NCBI GenBank assembly: GCA_963736855.1 | Contig: CAVTQK010000020.1 | Coordinates: 96,001-160,000 of the forward strand | Length of the DNA stretch: 64,000 bases | Origin: an uncultured delta proteobacterium | GTDB lineage: Bacteria > Desulfobacterota > Desulfobacteria > Desulfobacterales > UBA2156 | Direction: 5' to 3' | In this document: positions 34,297 through 42,616 of the stretch, piece after piece | How positions within the stretch are numbered: position 1 is the stretch's first letter | How the letters are laid out: each line of letters opens with the position of its first letter | Made by a program: the position numbers and the translations under genes | Notes under the pieces: model-generated | The model's database searches: none | What the model was told of the DNA's origin: nothing | Seen by the model: the letters and a program-made list of their open reading frames with translations, nothing else

Positions 34297-34767
34297 ACGT
34301 CAATGATCATCTCCCCGGCTTTCCCGGGACATCACGCGGCTGCATTCGACCAGATAGGGACGAATCTGCGCGTTTTCCGGAAAGCGCTCGAAAACCTCGA
34401 TTGCCTTGTCAAAAAGAGGATATGGATACGATTCTTCTAACATCAATCGAGGATTGAGAATTCTAAGGCTGGCGTTCATATAAAAGAGATAAGGTGCGCC
34501 CAAAGATCAAAATCGGGGCGAAATTGAAAAAAAAGGAGCGAAAAATGAATCCGATCGACTCAAGTTGATGGCCGTTTTTATCAGAAACTCGGATCATTAA
34601 AGCACGTTTCCTATAAAATTCCTCTGAAATATTTCTTAAAATCGCTACACCCGTAATCCGACTAAATTTTTAAAGGTCACAGTATGAGTTGCCGAGAGGC
34701 TCAAACTCGTTTAATTTAGAGACACCAGCCGGTAAGAGAATTTGAAATGGAAAAATAATAAAGGTTT

Positions 34768-35250
34768 TTAAGTGATGGAAACCACCCGGCCTTTGGTCAT
34801 GGCCCTTAGCTCTTCAGGCGTGAGACAAAACAAGGCGTTGGGCGTACCCGCCGCCGCCCAGATTTTTTCGTGCTTCAGCAGATCCGTGTCGATCAGCGTT
34901 TCCATGAGCATGGTGTGGCCCATAGGCGGCACGCCTCCGATGACAAAGCCGGTGGTTTTACGGACGAAATCCGCGTCCGCCATCTTGACCGTTTCCCCAA
35001 CGGTTTCGGACAGCTTTTTTTCATTGACCCGGTTGGCGCCGCTGGCCACGACCAGATAGGCCTTTTGAGTCGTTTTCCCCCTAAAGACCAGGGACTTGAC
35101 GATCTGAGCAATGTGGCACCCCACGGCCTGGGCCGCTTCCGCAGCACTTCGTGTGCTTTTTTCCAACTCCATCACGCTGCATTGGAATCCTCCGGCGGAG
35201 AGAGCATCCTGAAACTTTTGCGCACTGGCACTCAGAACTTTCTCGGTCAT
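34768..35250 (-). CDS. YbaK/EbsC-family aminoacyl-tRNA deacylase
   Basis: QIVKSLVF, TGFVIGGVPP, WAAAGTP. Confidence 0.9.
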   Translation of the reverse strand: MTEKVLSASAQKFQDALSAGGFQCSVMELEKSTRSAAEAAQAVGCHIAQIVKSLVFRGKTTQKAYLVVASGANRVNEKKLSETVGETVKMADADFVRKTTGFVIGGVPPMGHTMLMETLIDTDLLKHEKIWAAAGTPNALFCLTPEELRAMTKGRVVSIT

Positions 35251-35301
35251 CGGGCAGACTTCCTTTCTTTTTAACGCCTGTCGCGGCTTTAGAAAGTATG
35301 C

Positions 35302-35331
35302 AGTTTACTTTCACTTCGTGCTTCCTGTCAA
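35302..35331 (-). promoter_or_regulatory. Putative sigma70 promoter of ybaK-like gene
   Basis: Minus strand TTGACA-18bp-TAAACT. Confidence 0.5.
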
Positions 35332-35376
35332 GCCGACGGCAAGGATATTATCCGAATGGAGCCCTATCCCAACATT

Positions 35377-35608
35377 GATGAGCTTCGTAAAAAGGATTTT
35401 AGATGAAAGCAAAGCCGTTCAAGGCGTCGTGAATTTCGGGAGAGACGTACATCGAGAGACGCAAAGGGTTGAAGCGTTACGCAGAAATCTGGAGCTGTTT
35501 ACGAGGCACTTGATGCCGAGGTTCGTATAGAGACTTTAGCGAAACGCCTTTGGAGTCTTCCGAAAAGAATTGCGACGCGAGGAAAATCGAGCCTTTTTGC
35601 AATTTCAC
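35377..35608 (+). mobile_element. MITE-like element copy B (noisy sequence)
   Basis: GATGAGCTTCGTAAAAAGG...CCTTTTTGCAATTTCAC, flanked by AACATT direct repeat (35371-35376, 35609-35614); core alignable to copy A. Confidence 0.75.
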
Positions 35609-35681
35609 AACATTGGGTCTTGAAGTTTTCCTTTCCACCGTGCAAAAGAAAAGGAGGGCGATCCGATTCGAAGGGGAAACC

Positions 35682-36313
35682 ATGCCAAAGCGAAAAGCGG
35701 AAAAGGCGCCATAGTTTTCACGTGCCGGAGGTGCGGCACCTGTTGTGAAAAAGGCGGTCCCGCTCTTCATAAGGAAGACCGGGATCTCGTCGAATCCGGG
35801 CGGATACCGCTGAAGCATCTTTTTACCATTCGGCCCGGAGAAATCGTTAAAGACAACGTCAAGGGAACCCTCGTCCGCGCCGAAACGGATATCATTAAAA
35901 TCAAGGGTAAAAAAGGTACCTGGTGCTGTGTCTTTCTGGATACCACTCAAAAAGCCTGCACCATTTACGAGGACCGGCCTTTGGAATGCCGGACTTTGAG
36001 TTGCAGAGAGCCGGAAGCCATGGAATCCCTCTACACCAAAAATCGGCTTTCGCGACAAGATCTTCTTTCTTCCATGGAAGAGCTGTGGGATCTCGTCAAA
36101 GAACATGAGACGCGATGCTCCCATGACACGGTTTTAAAATTATCAAATCCACCCTGGGGTCGCCCTGATCCGGATGCCCAAAAGCAGCTTGATTTCATTT
36201 TAAATTACGATACGCACATCCGCCGCCTGGTGATAGAAAAGGGGAAAATGGACTCAGAACTCCTGGATTTTCTATTCGGAAGACCCCTGACCGCAACTAT
36301 TCCCCAGCGCTGA
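35682..36313 (+). CDS. YkgJ-family cysteine-cluster protein, multiply frameshifted (probable sequence errors)
   Basis: CRRCGTCCEKGGP near 35723 and CTIYEDRPLECRTLSC near 35957; C-terminus in ORF 35981-36313. Confidence 0.7.
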
Positions 36314-36385
36314 CATGCAACCGGAGTTCAGAACATTTCATGCCCCGGTTTTCCATGACATCAGCGAGGCAAGGGGCTTATTTAT

Positions 36386-36574
36386 GATGGCTTCGTAAAA
36401 AGCTTTTGCAAGCGAGATTGGAGCATTTTCGGAAAAAGAGATGCGAACGGCTGAGCGTTAATAATTTCAAGCTGTTTGAGGCGGTTGCGCCGAGTTCTTG
36501 AAATTTAGAGAAGCCGTGAGCATCTCCCGAAAATGATCACGAAGCGAGCAAAAATAGCTTTTTACGATTTCGTC
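36386..36574 (+). mobile_element. MITE-like element copy C
   Basis: GATGGCTTCGTAAAAAGC...GCTTTTTACGATTTCGTC, flanked by ATTTAT direct repeat (36380-36385, 36575-36580). Confidence 0.8.
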
Positions 36575-36576
36575 AT

Positions 36577-37602
36577 TTATGAAAGACCAAATCGAGCCCG
36601 GAGACGCCCTGAAAGCGCTTTCACCCGCTCAAAAGCCTTTTCAACGGTTTTTTCGCCGTCGGGATTGATCAGACAGCACGTAGCCGGCGAGAGGAGACTT
36701 CTCGATAACAGCCAGTTTTTCTCGATCCCCTTTCGGTCCAGCGTTTCCCAAACCTCCGTCAGGCGGATTTCCAGGCTGGCCATGTCTTCCTTCTCGAAGG
36801 GCTCCACGTTGGTGGGAACCAGTCCCCAGACGATGACGCCTCCCCGGTCGAGGAATCGCTTGATGGAATCGGCGTACTTGGAGAAGACCTCCCCGTTTGA
36901 ATAGATGTCCAAAGAGAGCACGTCCAGGTCCAGGTTCAATAGAAAATCCCAGTCCGGGTTTCCGCACAGGTGCACTCCTCGAGGTCTCTGAATAGTTCCA
37001 AAAAACGCCTCCATCTCCTTGAACGCCGCGGCGGCATCGTATCCGGAAAGCGCGCTGAACAAAAACTGAAGTCCCGGCTCATCGATGAACATGAAGGCAT
37101 TGGGGTTCATCTGTTTCAGGCGTGCAAGCTGGGTATTGACCCGTTTGGCCATGAACTCGAATATGAAGGGCCGGATGGTGTCATCGAAAAGAATGGGCCG
37201 GCGATTTTCATCCAGGACGTTCATTCCGAAACTGATGGGGCCTTCAAGCTGCCCCCGTATGGCCTGACGGTCCGATAGATCCAACTCCAGGAACCGGTGA
37301 TATACGGCCGAGAACCGGGGACTGATGTCGAAATAGCCGGGATCCTCGAAATGCGACAAGGCCTCTTCGTATTCCAGGACGAATTTTTCCATGGAAAAGG
37401 ATAACGTCCGTTTCTCCATATCCAGCAGGATGCCGGGAAAATGCTCCGAAGCCTGAACGTACATGTCTTCGTAATAGTTCAAGCGCGGCAACTGGGGCCA
37501 AAAAGGGATGTCCAGGGAAAGAGCGTACTGCATAGCCCTTTCCAGGTCCGTGTGCGGCATGACCGCCATGGCGGTGGTCAAAAGATTTCCGGGAATCCTC
37601 AT
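36577..37602 (-). CDS. Short MetE-like ('core') methionine synthase family protein
   Basis: MPHTD, PFWPQLP, EDMYVQ, FIDEP, GVHLCG zinc motif, VWGLVPT, LSPATCC; 341 aa. Confidence 0.65.
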   Translation of the reverse strand: MRIPGNLLTTAMAVMPHTDLERAMQYALSLDIPFWPQLPRLNYYEDMYVQASEHFPGILLDMEKRTLSFSMEKFVLEYEEALSHFEDPGYFDISPRFSAVYHRFLELDLSDRQAIRGQLEGPISFGMNVLDENRRPILFDDTIRPFIFEFMAKRVNTQLARLKQMNPNAFMFIDEPGLQFLFSALSGYDAAAAFKEMEAFFGTIQRPRGVHLCGNPDWDFLLNLDLDVLSLDIYSNGEVFSKYADSIKRFLDRGGVIVWGLVPTNVEPFEKEDMASLEIRLTEVWETLDRKGIEKNWLLSRSLLSPATCCLINPDGEKTVEKAFERVKALSGRLRARFGLS

Positions 37603-37615
37603 GGGATTGCTCCTG

Positions 37616-38188
37616 TTATCGAGTTTTCTCTTTGAAGATGACGACCCACGACAACCATTTGCCGTCCCGGACGATTTTTGACGTAATGCCCGGTCCTTTT
37701 GCCATTTCAGCGATGATTTCCGCGGTGAAAAAGCGGCTTTTCATCATCGCCAGCTTTTCCATTAAAGCCAGCAGGCGGATGAGGGGCCGGGTGATGTCCG
37801 GCTCCTCGACGACCATCCGGCCGCCGTGAGAAAGGACCCGGATCAGCTCTTTGACGGCAACCGACTGGGATCGAAAATGATGCAGGGCATCTGCTGCCAA
37901 CACTCGATCAAAAACACCATCGGCAAAAGGCAGCCTCTCGGCAATGGATCGCACCGGCCATATCCCTCCCTTTTTCTGAGCCCGATGGAGCATGGCCCTT
38001 GACACGTCTGCAACCACCAGATGTTTAACCCATTGTTGCAGTGGAGCCGAAACCCGTCCTGTCCCTCCCCCTACATCCAGCATAGAGCCCTGCGCAGGCA
38101 AGTCCAGGAGACGGCGATAGATCTCGGGGTCAACGACAGGGATCATCCGGTCATAGATCGGCGCCAAGACTTTGAAGTGGTCGATCAT
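37616..38188 (-). CDS. Class I SAM-dependent methyltransferase
   Basis: MLDVGGGTG, AERLPFADGVFDRV, ALHHF. Confidence 0.85.
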   Translation of the reverse strand: MIDHFKVLAPIYDRMIPVVDPEIYRRLLDLPAQGSMLDVGGGTGRVSAPLQQWVKHLVVADVSRAMLHRAQKKGGIWPVRSIAERLPFADGVFDRVLAADALHHFRSQSVAVKELIRVLSHGGRMVVEEPDITRPLIRLLALMEKLAMMKSRFFTAEIIAEMAKGPGITSKIVRDGKWLSWVVIFKEKTR

Positions 38189-38198
38189 GAAGTTGCTC

Positions 38199-39035
38199 CT
38201 ACGCTCTATGGCTTTTTAGCGCTCCAGGAATCCGGAAAAGAGTCGGCCGGCGACGGGGAAGAAAATAACGCATCCGGTGAGATCGGACCGCATCAAAAGC
38301 GCTTTTTTTCAAGTCAACGACCAGCAGGCCTTCTCGATTTCCGAGCCGCTTCGCCACGACGCATCCATCAGGGCCGATGGCCAGGGCCACGCCTGGATAC
38401 TCAAGGCCTTCTCCGTTGTCTCCCACCGGATTGCAGGCCACGACATAAACGCCGTTGTCGAAGGCACGGGCCGGAAGGTGCCGCATCCATGACCGGTACT
38501 TATCGTTGCTGGTCCCTCTCGGGGAGGCGTGGGGGAAAAAAACGACTTCGGCGCCTTTGACGGCCATGGCAGTGGAAAGCTCCGGAAAATGGGCATCATA
38601 GCAAAGCTGAATGCCGAAAGTCACCCCGCGGGCTTCAAAAAGGGGTATCCGGTTTCCCCCTAAAAAAAAACCCTCTTCCGGAGGTGCGATGTGAATCTTT
38701 CGATACACACCGACCTCACCATCGTGGCGGACCACCAGATGACTGGAGTAAATCCGGCCCTTTTTCCCCTTTTCCGCCATGCCGGCCAGAAGGACCATGT
38801 CTCCGCCCGCCGCCAATTCCATCAGGGTCTCGGCGATGGGTCCGGGGATGGGCTCTGCAACTTTCCGGATTTCTTTTTGAATGCTGTATCCGGTCACATT
38901 CATCTCGGGAAAACAGAGAATGTCCACCCCCTCGTCCCTAGCCTTGTCTACCCAAACCGCCATACGACGAAGAGTCTTGAAAACCTGGTTGACCGGCGAA
39001 CGACAGACGACTGCGGCTATACGGATATCTTTCAT
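38199..39035 (-). CDS. Nitrilase/carbon-nitrogen hydrolase
   Basis: Catalytic triad FPE, YRKIH, LCYD; ARAFDN. Confidence 0.9.
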   Translation of the reverse strand: MKDIRIAAVVCRSPVNQVFKTLRRMAVWVDKARDEGVDILCFPEMNVTGYSIQKEIRKVAEPIPGPIAETLMELAAGGDMVLLAGMAEKGKKGRIYSSHLVVRHDGEVGVYRKIHIAPPEEGFFLGGNRIPLFEARGVTFGIQLCYDAHFPELSTAMAVKGAEVVFFPHASPRGTSNDKYRSWMRHLPARAFDNGVYVVACNPVGDNGEGLEYPGVALAIGPDGCVVAKRLGNREGLLVVDLKKSAFDAVRSHRMRYFLPRRRPTLFRIPGALKSHRA

Positions 39036-39036
39036 C

Positions 39037-39483
39037 CTACACGTCGAACTGAGCCCGGATCTTGAATACCCGGGTTGCAGGGAGATTGAGAATATCGGTG
39101 ATCCCAGTCGTTTGAGAAATCTCTTTCAGTCGCTCTTGAATCTCTTCCACAGAAGGGGCGATGAAGGTGAACCATATGTTGTACGGGTTGTCCCGCAGAT
39201 AGTTGTGAGTGACTCCGGGATAGCGATTGACCCACTCGGCAAAGGCTTTGATCCGATCCTCCGGAACCCTGGCCGCGCACAGGGTGCTGACAAATCCGAG
39301 TTTTTCCGGGACGAAGTTTCCACCGATCCTCCGGATGATCCCCTTTTTCTTGAGACGGATGATCCGTTTCAGGACTTCTTCTTCCGGCAGGTTCAGATCC
39401 TTTCCGACGGATTGAAACGGACGTTTCGTAATCGGAAAATCGGATTGGATCCGGTTTAAAATCGCCTTCTCAATGGGTTCCAT
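39037..39483 (-). CDS. ahbA: Lrp/AsnC-like siroheme decarboxylase alpha subunit
   Basis: IQSDFP..RPF, GIIRRIG, GVTHNYLR, YNIWFT. Confidence 0.75.
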   Translation of the reverse strand: MEPIEKAILNRIQSDFPITKRPFQSVGKDLNLPEEEVLKRIIRLKKKGIIRRIGGNFVPEKLGFVSTLCAARVPEDRIKAFAEWVNRYPGVTHNYLRDNPYNIWFTFIAPSVEEIQERLKEISQTTGITDILNLPATRVFKIRAQFDV

Positions 39484-39500
39484 TCAAGCCCTGGAGGCCT

Positions 39501-39911
39501 TCATGAGGCTGTCCTCATGAACGAAAGATGCACTTTTCGAGTCCTGGGACCGTCGAATTCGCAGAAAAAAAGCCCCTGCCACGTCCCTAAAACCAGATGC
39601 CCTTTTTCGATCATGAGCATTTTGGAGGTCCCCACAAGGGTGGACTGGATGTGCGCCGGCGAATTCCCTTCCAGGTGGTGGTAGGGAATGTCTTTCGGCA
39701 CCATCCTGTTGAGGGCCGCCAGGATGTCTGTCCGGACGCTGGGATCCGCGTTTTCGTTGATGGTAACGGCCGCCGTGGTGTGGGGAACGAAAACCAGGCA
39801 AAAACCGCTCGTGATCCCGGATTCCTTCGTCATCTTATTGACATAAGCCTGAACCTCGCTGGTGATGTCGATCAGCTCTGTTTTTTGCGTTGTCTTGACC
39901 GTGAAGACCAT
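39501..39911 (-). CDS. yjbQ: YjbQ/UPF0047 family protein
   Basis: PHTTAAVTINENADP, HLEGNSPAHI, LGTWQG..FCEFDGPR. Confidence 0.9.
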   Translation of the reverse strand: MVFTVKTTQKTELIDITSEVQAYVNKMTKESGITSGFCLVFVPHTTAAVTINENADPSVRTDILAALNRMVPKDIPYHHLEGNSPAHIQSTLVGTSKMLMIEKGHLVLGTWQGLFFCEFDGPRTRKVHLSFMRTAS

Positions 39912-39924
39912 CTCAAACCTCTTT

Positions 39925-40077
39925 GATGGCTTCGTAAAAAGTCCATCTGCTGCGTTTCGCTGCATCCTTCGTCATTGCGGCGTACCTATAAGTACGCCTC
40001 ATTCCTCAGGATTTGCGCACCTTGCATCTGAAGCTTTTTACTTTGCCATCCTAATTTTGAGTTTTTGCGATTTCATC
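39925..40077 (+). mobile_element. MITE-like element copy D (different internal sequence)
   Basis: GATGGCTTCGTAAAAAG...TTTTTGCGATTTCATC, flanked by CTCTTT direct repeat (39919-39924, 40078-40083). Confidence 0.8.
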
Positions 40078-40093
40078 CTCTTTGCCCGGACAT

Positions 40094-40125
40094 AAAAAAG
40101 GCCCTGAACAGAAGCAGGGCCTTTT
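40094..40125 (-). terminator. Rho-independent terminator after dsrC
   Basis: AAAAGGCCCTG-loop-CAGGGCCTTTTTT on minus strand. Confidence 0.8.
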
Positions 40126-40161
40126 AGAATTATGGGGTCGATGAATGTGGTTTTGGAAAAA

Positions 40162-40479
40162 CTACACGCATCCCGTCGGTTTCGGTAATCCGGCCATTTT
40201 GCATGCTCCCTTCCCGGGCCCGGACGGGAACAGTTCATAAATGTGTTTCAGTTTGAAGCCGGTCACTTTGGACAGTACGCGGACCATGGGAGCGATTCCA
40301 TTTTTCTTGTAATAATCCTGAAGAACCTCGATGATTTTCCTGTGCTCTTCGGTCAGCTCTTTGATGCCCTCTTCGCCTTTGACATATTGAACCCACTCTT
40401 CACTCCAATTGTCAAAGGAATCGATAAACCCATCTTCGTCCACCGTGAAGGTCTTTCCTTGAAAATCCACTGTTGGCAT
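40162..40479 (-). CDS. dsrC: Dissimilatory sulfite reductase partner DsrC
   Basis: VDEDGF, YELFPSGPGKGACKMAGLPKPTGCV with both C-terminal Cys; AAGGAGG RBS. Confidence 0.93.
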   Translation of the reverse strand: MPTVDFQGKTFTVDEDGFIDSFDNWSEEWVQYVKGEEGIKELTEEHRKIIEVLQDYYKKNGIAPMVRVLSKVTGFKLKHIYELFPSGPGKGACKMAGLPKPTGCV

Positions 40480-40550
40480 TTACAAAATCCTCCTTTTCTG
40501 ATTTATTTTTCTGGCTTGCCGCCTGATGCTCATCCTTAAGATATCGACAT

Positions 40551-40579
40551 TCTTTATCCGATCAAATATTTCATGTCAA
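40551..40579 (-). promoter_or_regulatory. Putative own promoter of dsrC
   Basis: Minus strand TTGACA-17bp-TAAAGA in an AT-rich spacer. Confidence 0.45.
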
Positions 40580-40668
40580 CACTAAAAAAGCATTATCGCC
40601 TTTTAAACCTAAAACCGCTTAACATTCTAAAATCATAATACTATTTCACGATACCTTCTATTTTTTGA

Positions 40669-41532
40669 TCAATATTCCTTCGGCATGGCGCTTAATTGGG
40701 AAAGGGTGAAAACCGGCCCGTCCTTGCAAACGAATTCCTTGCCGATATTGCACCGCCCGCACATGCCGATGCCGCACTTCATCCGGTTTTCCAAAGACAT
40801 GATGATATGGTCATGGGAATATCCCAGCTTATCCAGTACAGGCTGGGTGAATTTGATCATGATGGGCGGCCCGCAGATGATGCCATAAGTGTTTTCATCC
40901 CCCTGGGGCGCCTTCTTCTCGGTGATCGTGGGAACGAATCCCACGTTGTATTTCCAGTCGGGATCTTTGGTGGCGTCCACGGTAATGTGCATGTGGATGT
41001 CGTCCCGTCGTTCCCAGGCTGCCAGTTCTTCGCGGTATAAGAGCATACCCGGGGATCGGGCGCCGTAAATGACGTGGATCTCCTTGAATTTAGGCCGGTT
41101 GTCGGGATGAAGCATATAAACGATGGAGGATCGAAGGGTGGTAAATGCAAAACCGCCCCCGATGATGACGACATTCTTACCTTCCATCAGCTCCCAGGGA
41201 TACCAGTTTCCCAGCGGCCCCCGGATCCCCATGATATCCCCCACTTTCATGGCATGTAGGTGGTTGGTCACCAGACCCACCTTGTTTACGGTAAAAAGAA
41301 TAAACCCTTTTTCAGTGGGAGAAGAGGCGATGCCGATGGGGATCTCTCCTTTGCCTGCAACCGAAAGCTCGGCGAACTGGCCGGGAGCGTATCTAAACTT
41401 TTCTTCGTCTTCCGGGTTTAGAAAAACGAATTTAAAGGTTTTCAGATTTTTGTCTTCCGTTTCGGTGATGATCTCTGCAACGTGAACCGGATAAGGCAAA
41501 TATGGATTGAACACGGTTTCCTCCCTTGCCAC
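40669..41532 (-). CDS. flxA: Flavin oxidoreductase subunit A (FAD/NAD-binding, 2Fe-2S)
   Basis: PGQFAEL, RGPLGN, GGGFA, CGPPIM, RMKCGIGMCGRC. Confidence 0.88.
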   Translation of the reverse strand: MAREETVFNPYLPYPVHVAEIITETEDKNLKTFKFVFLNPEDEEKFRYAPGQFAELSVAGKGEIPIGIASSPTEKGFILFTVNKVGLVTNHLHAMKVGDIMGIRGPLGNWYPWELMEGKNVVIIGGGFAFTTLRSSIVYMLHPDNRPKFKEIHVIYGARSPGMLLYREELAAWERRDDIHMHITVDATKDPDWKYNVGFVPTITEKKAPQGDENTYGIICGPPIMIKFTQPVLDKLGYSHDHIIMSLENRMKCGIGMCGRCNIGKEFVCKDGPVFTLSQLSAMPKEY

Positions 41533-41533
41533 T

Positions 41534-42601
41534 TCACACAGGGCAAACGGTTGACGGATCCGGGTGGGAATTCATAAGTTTGCAAACCTTACGGATATCG
41601 ATGTTCACCGGACATGATTGGATGCACCGCCCGCATCCCACACATTGAATGCCGTCATCATATTTGTCCACGTAATATTTGAGTTTGTGCATGAATCGCT
41701 GCCGAACCCGATGCAGCTTGGTTCCTCTTGGGTTGTGTCCGGACCCGTGGAGGGTGAACAGGGGATACATGCAGCTATCCCAGTTGCGCATGCGCACACC
41801 CGAATACCCGAAACATTCATCCTGGATGTCGAAACACCAGCAGGTGGGACACACATAGGTGCAGGTGCCGCAATTGATGCAGGAAAAAGAAACATCCTCC
41901 CAGAATGGAGCGTCATAGAGGGCCACGGTGGACTGGTTTTTCAAATGGTCCGTCTCCACCGTCGATGTGATCCGGGATTCGGCGGCGGTTTTTAAGGGAG
42001 TTACGATGTCGAGGGCCGTCTTCTCATCCACGGCATTCTCCCAACCGGCTGTCTGAAGGGCCCCATCCCCTTTTTCCGTGATCGGCCGGACCAGAAAATA
42101 GTCTCCCGCATCGACGAGAAGGGCGTCCAGGCCGGCCTCATTGAAGGGTCCGCCCCGCGCGGTAGTGCAAAAACAGGTGGCACACGGCGCACCACACGCC
42201 AATCCGAAAAGGGTGAGGGATTCATAAGCGCCTACCCAGAAAGGATCCCGGTATTTGGACGCATCGAAGTTCCGTCTCACCAGAAGCATGGCCGCCGCAT
42301 CACACGGCCGGATCCCCACGACCAGCCCTGGCAGTAAATCCTTTTGGATCTCTTTGAGAATGTGGTGGTCTTCCTTGCCCTCATCCAGGGAGTATTCAAA
42401 CAGGATTTCAGATTGGGGCTGCACTAGAAATTTCGGAGAAAGGTGAGTGTTTAATAAATCGAAATCCGGCGTCCGCCCTTTGTTCAGCGCTTCGAAAGCA
42501 TGGGCTTTTTCCTTTTTGACCGGGCCGAACAAGCGGTAGGCTTTGGCCAACGCGCCCAAACCCCGGTTAAAATCCTTTTTTTCAATTTTGATCCATTTCA
42601 T
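41534..42601 (-). CDS. flxB: Flx subunit B (AsrA-like 4Fe-4S protein)
   Basis: RPCD, CATCFC, CINCGTCTYVCPTCWC, CVGCGRCIQSCP. Confidence 0.85.
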   Translation of the reverse strand: MKWIKIEKKDFNRGLGALAKAYRLFGPVKKEKAHAFEALNKGRTPDFDLLNTHLSPKFLVQPQSEILFEYSLDEGKEDHHILKEIQKDLLPGLVVGIRPCDAAAMLLVRRNFDASKYRDPFWVGAYESLTLFGLACGAPCATCFCTTARGGPFNEAGLDALLVDAGDYFLVRPITEKGDGALQTAGWENAVDEKTALDIVTPLKTAAESRITSTVETDHLKNQSTVALYDAPFWEDVSFSCINCGTCTYVCPTCWCFDIQDECFGYSGVRMRNWDSCMYPLFTLHGSGHNPRGTKLHRVRQRFMHKLKYYVDKYDDGIQCVGCGRCIQSCPVNIDIRKVCKLMNSHPDPSTVCPV

Positions 42602-42616
42602 AGGCTTATCTCGACA

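Noticed and set aside
34300..34765. 67-aa ORF and AT-rich spacer with a GCC-GAGA-GGC hairpin near 34686-34708, as a precursor peptide or c-di-GMP riboswitch
   Set aside because: No recognisable RBS or precursor motif; the GEMM P1 elements (GGCAAA, GACGCAAA) are absent
35477..36124. 215-aa minus-strand ORF
   Set aside because: Antisense to the YkgJ-like gene and runs into MITE copy B
39912..39965. N-terminal extension of yjbQ in the ORF track
   Set aside because: Derived largely from MITE copy D; the ATG at 39911 has an RBS
16260..40083. Repeats as a CRISPR array or REP/BIME
   Set aside because: Dispersed, 150-230 bp long, with TIRs and TSDs; no spacers and no cas or RAYT gene
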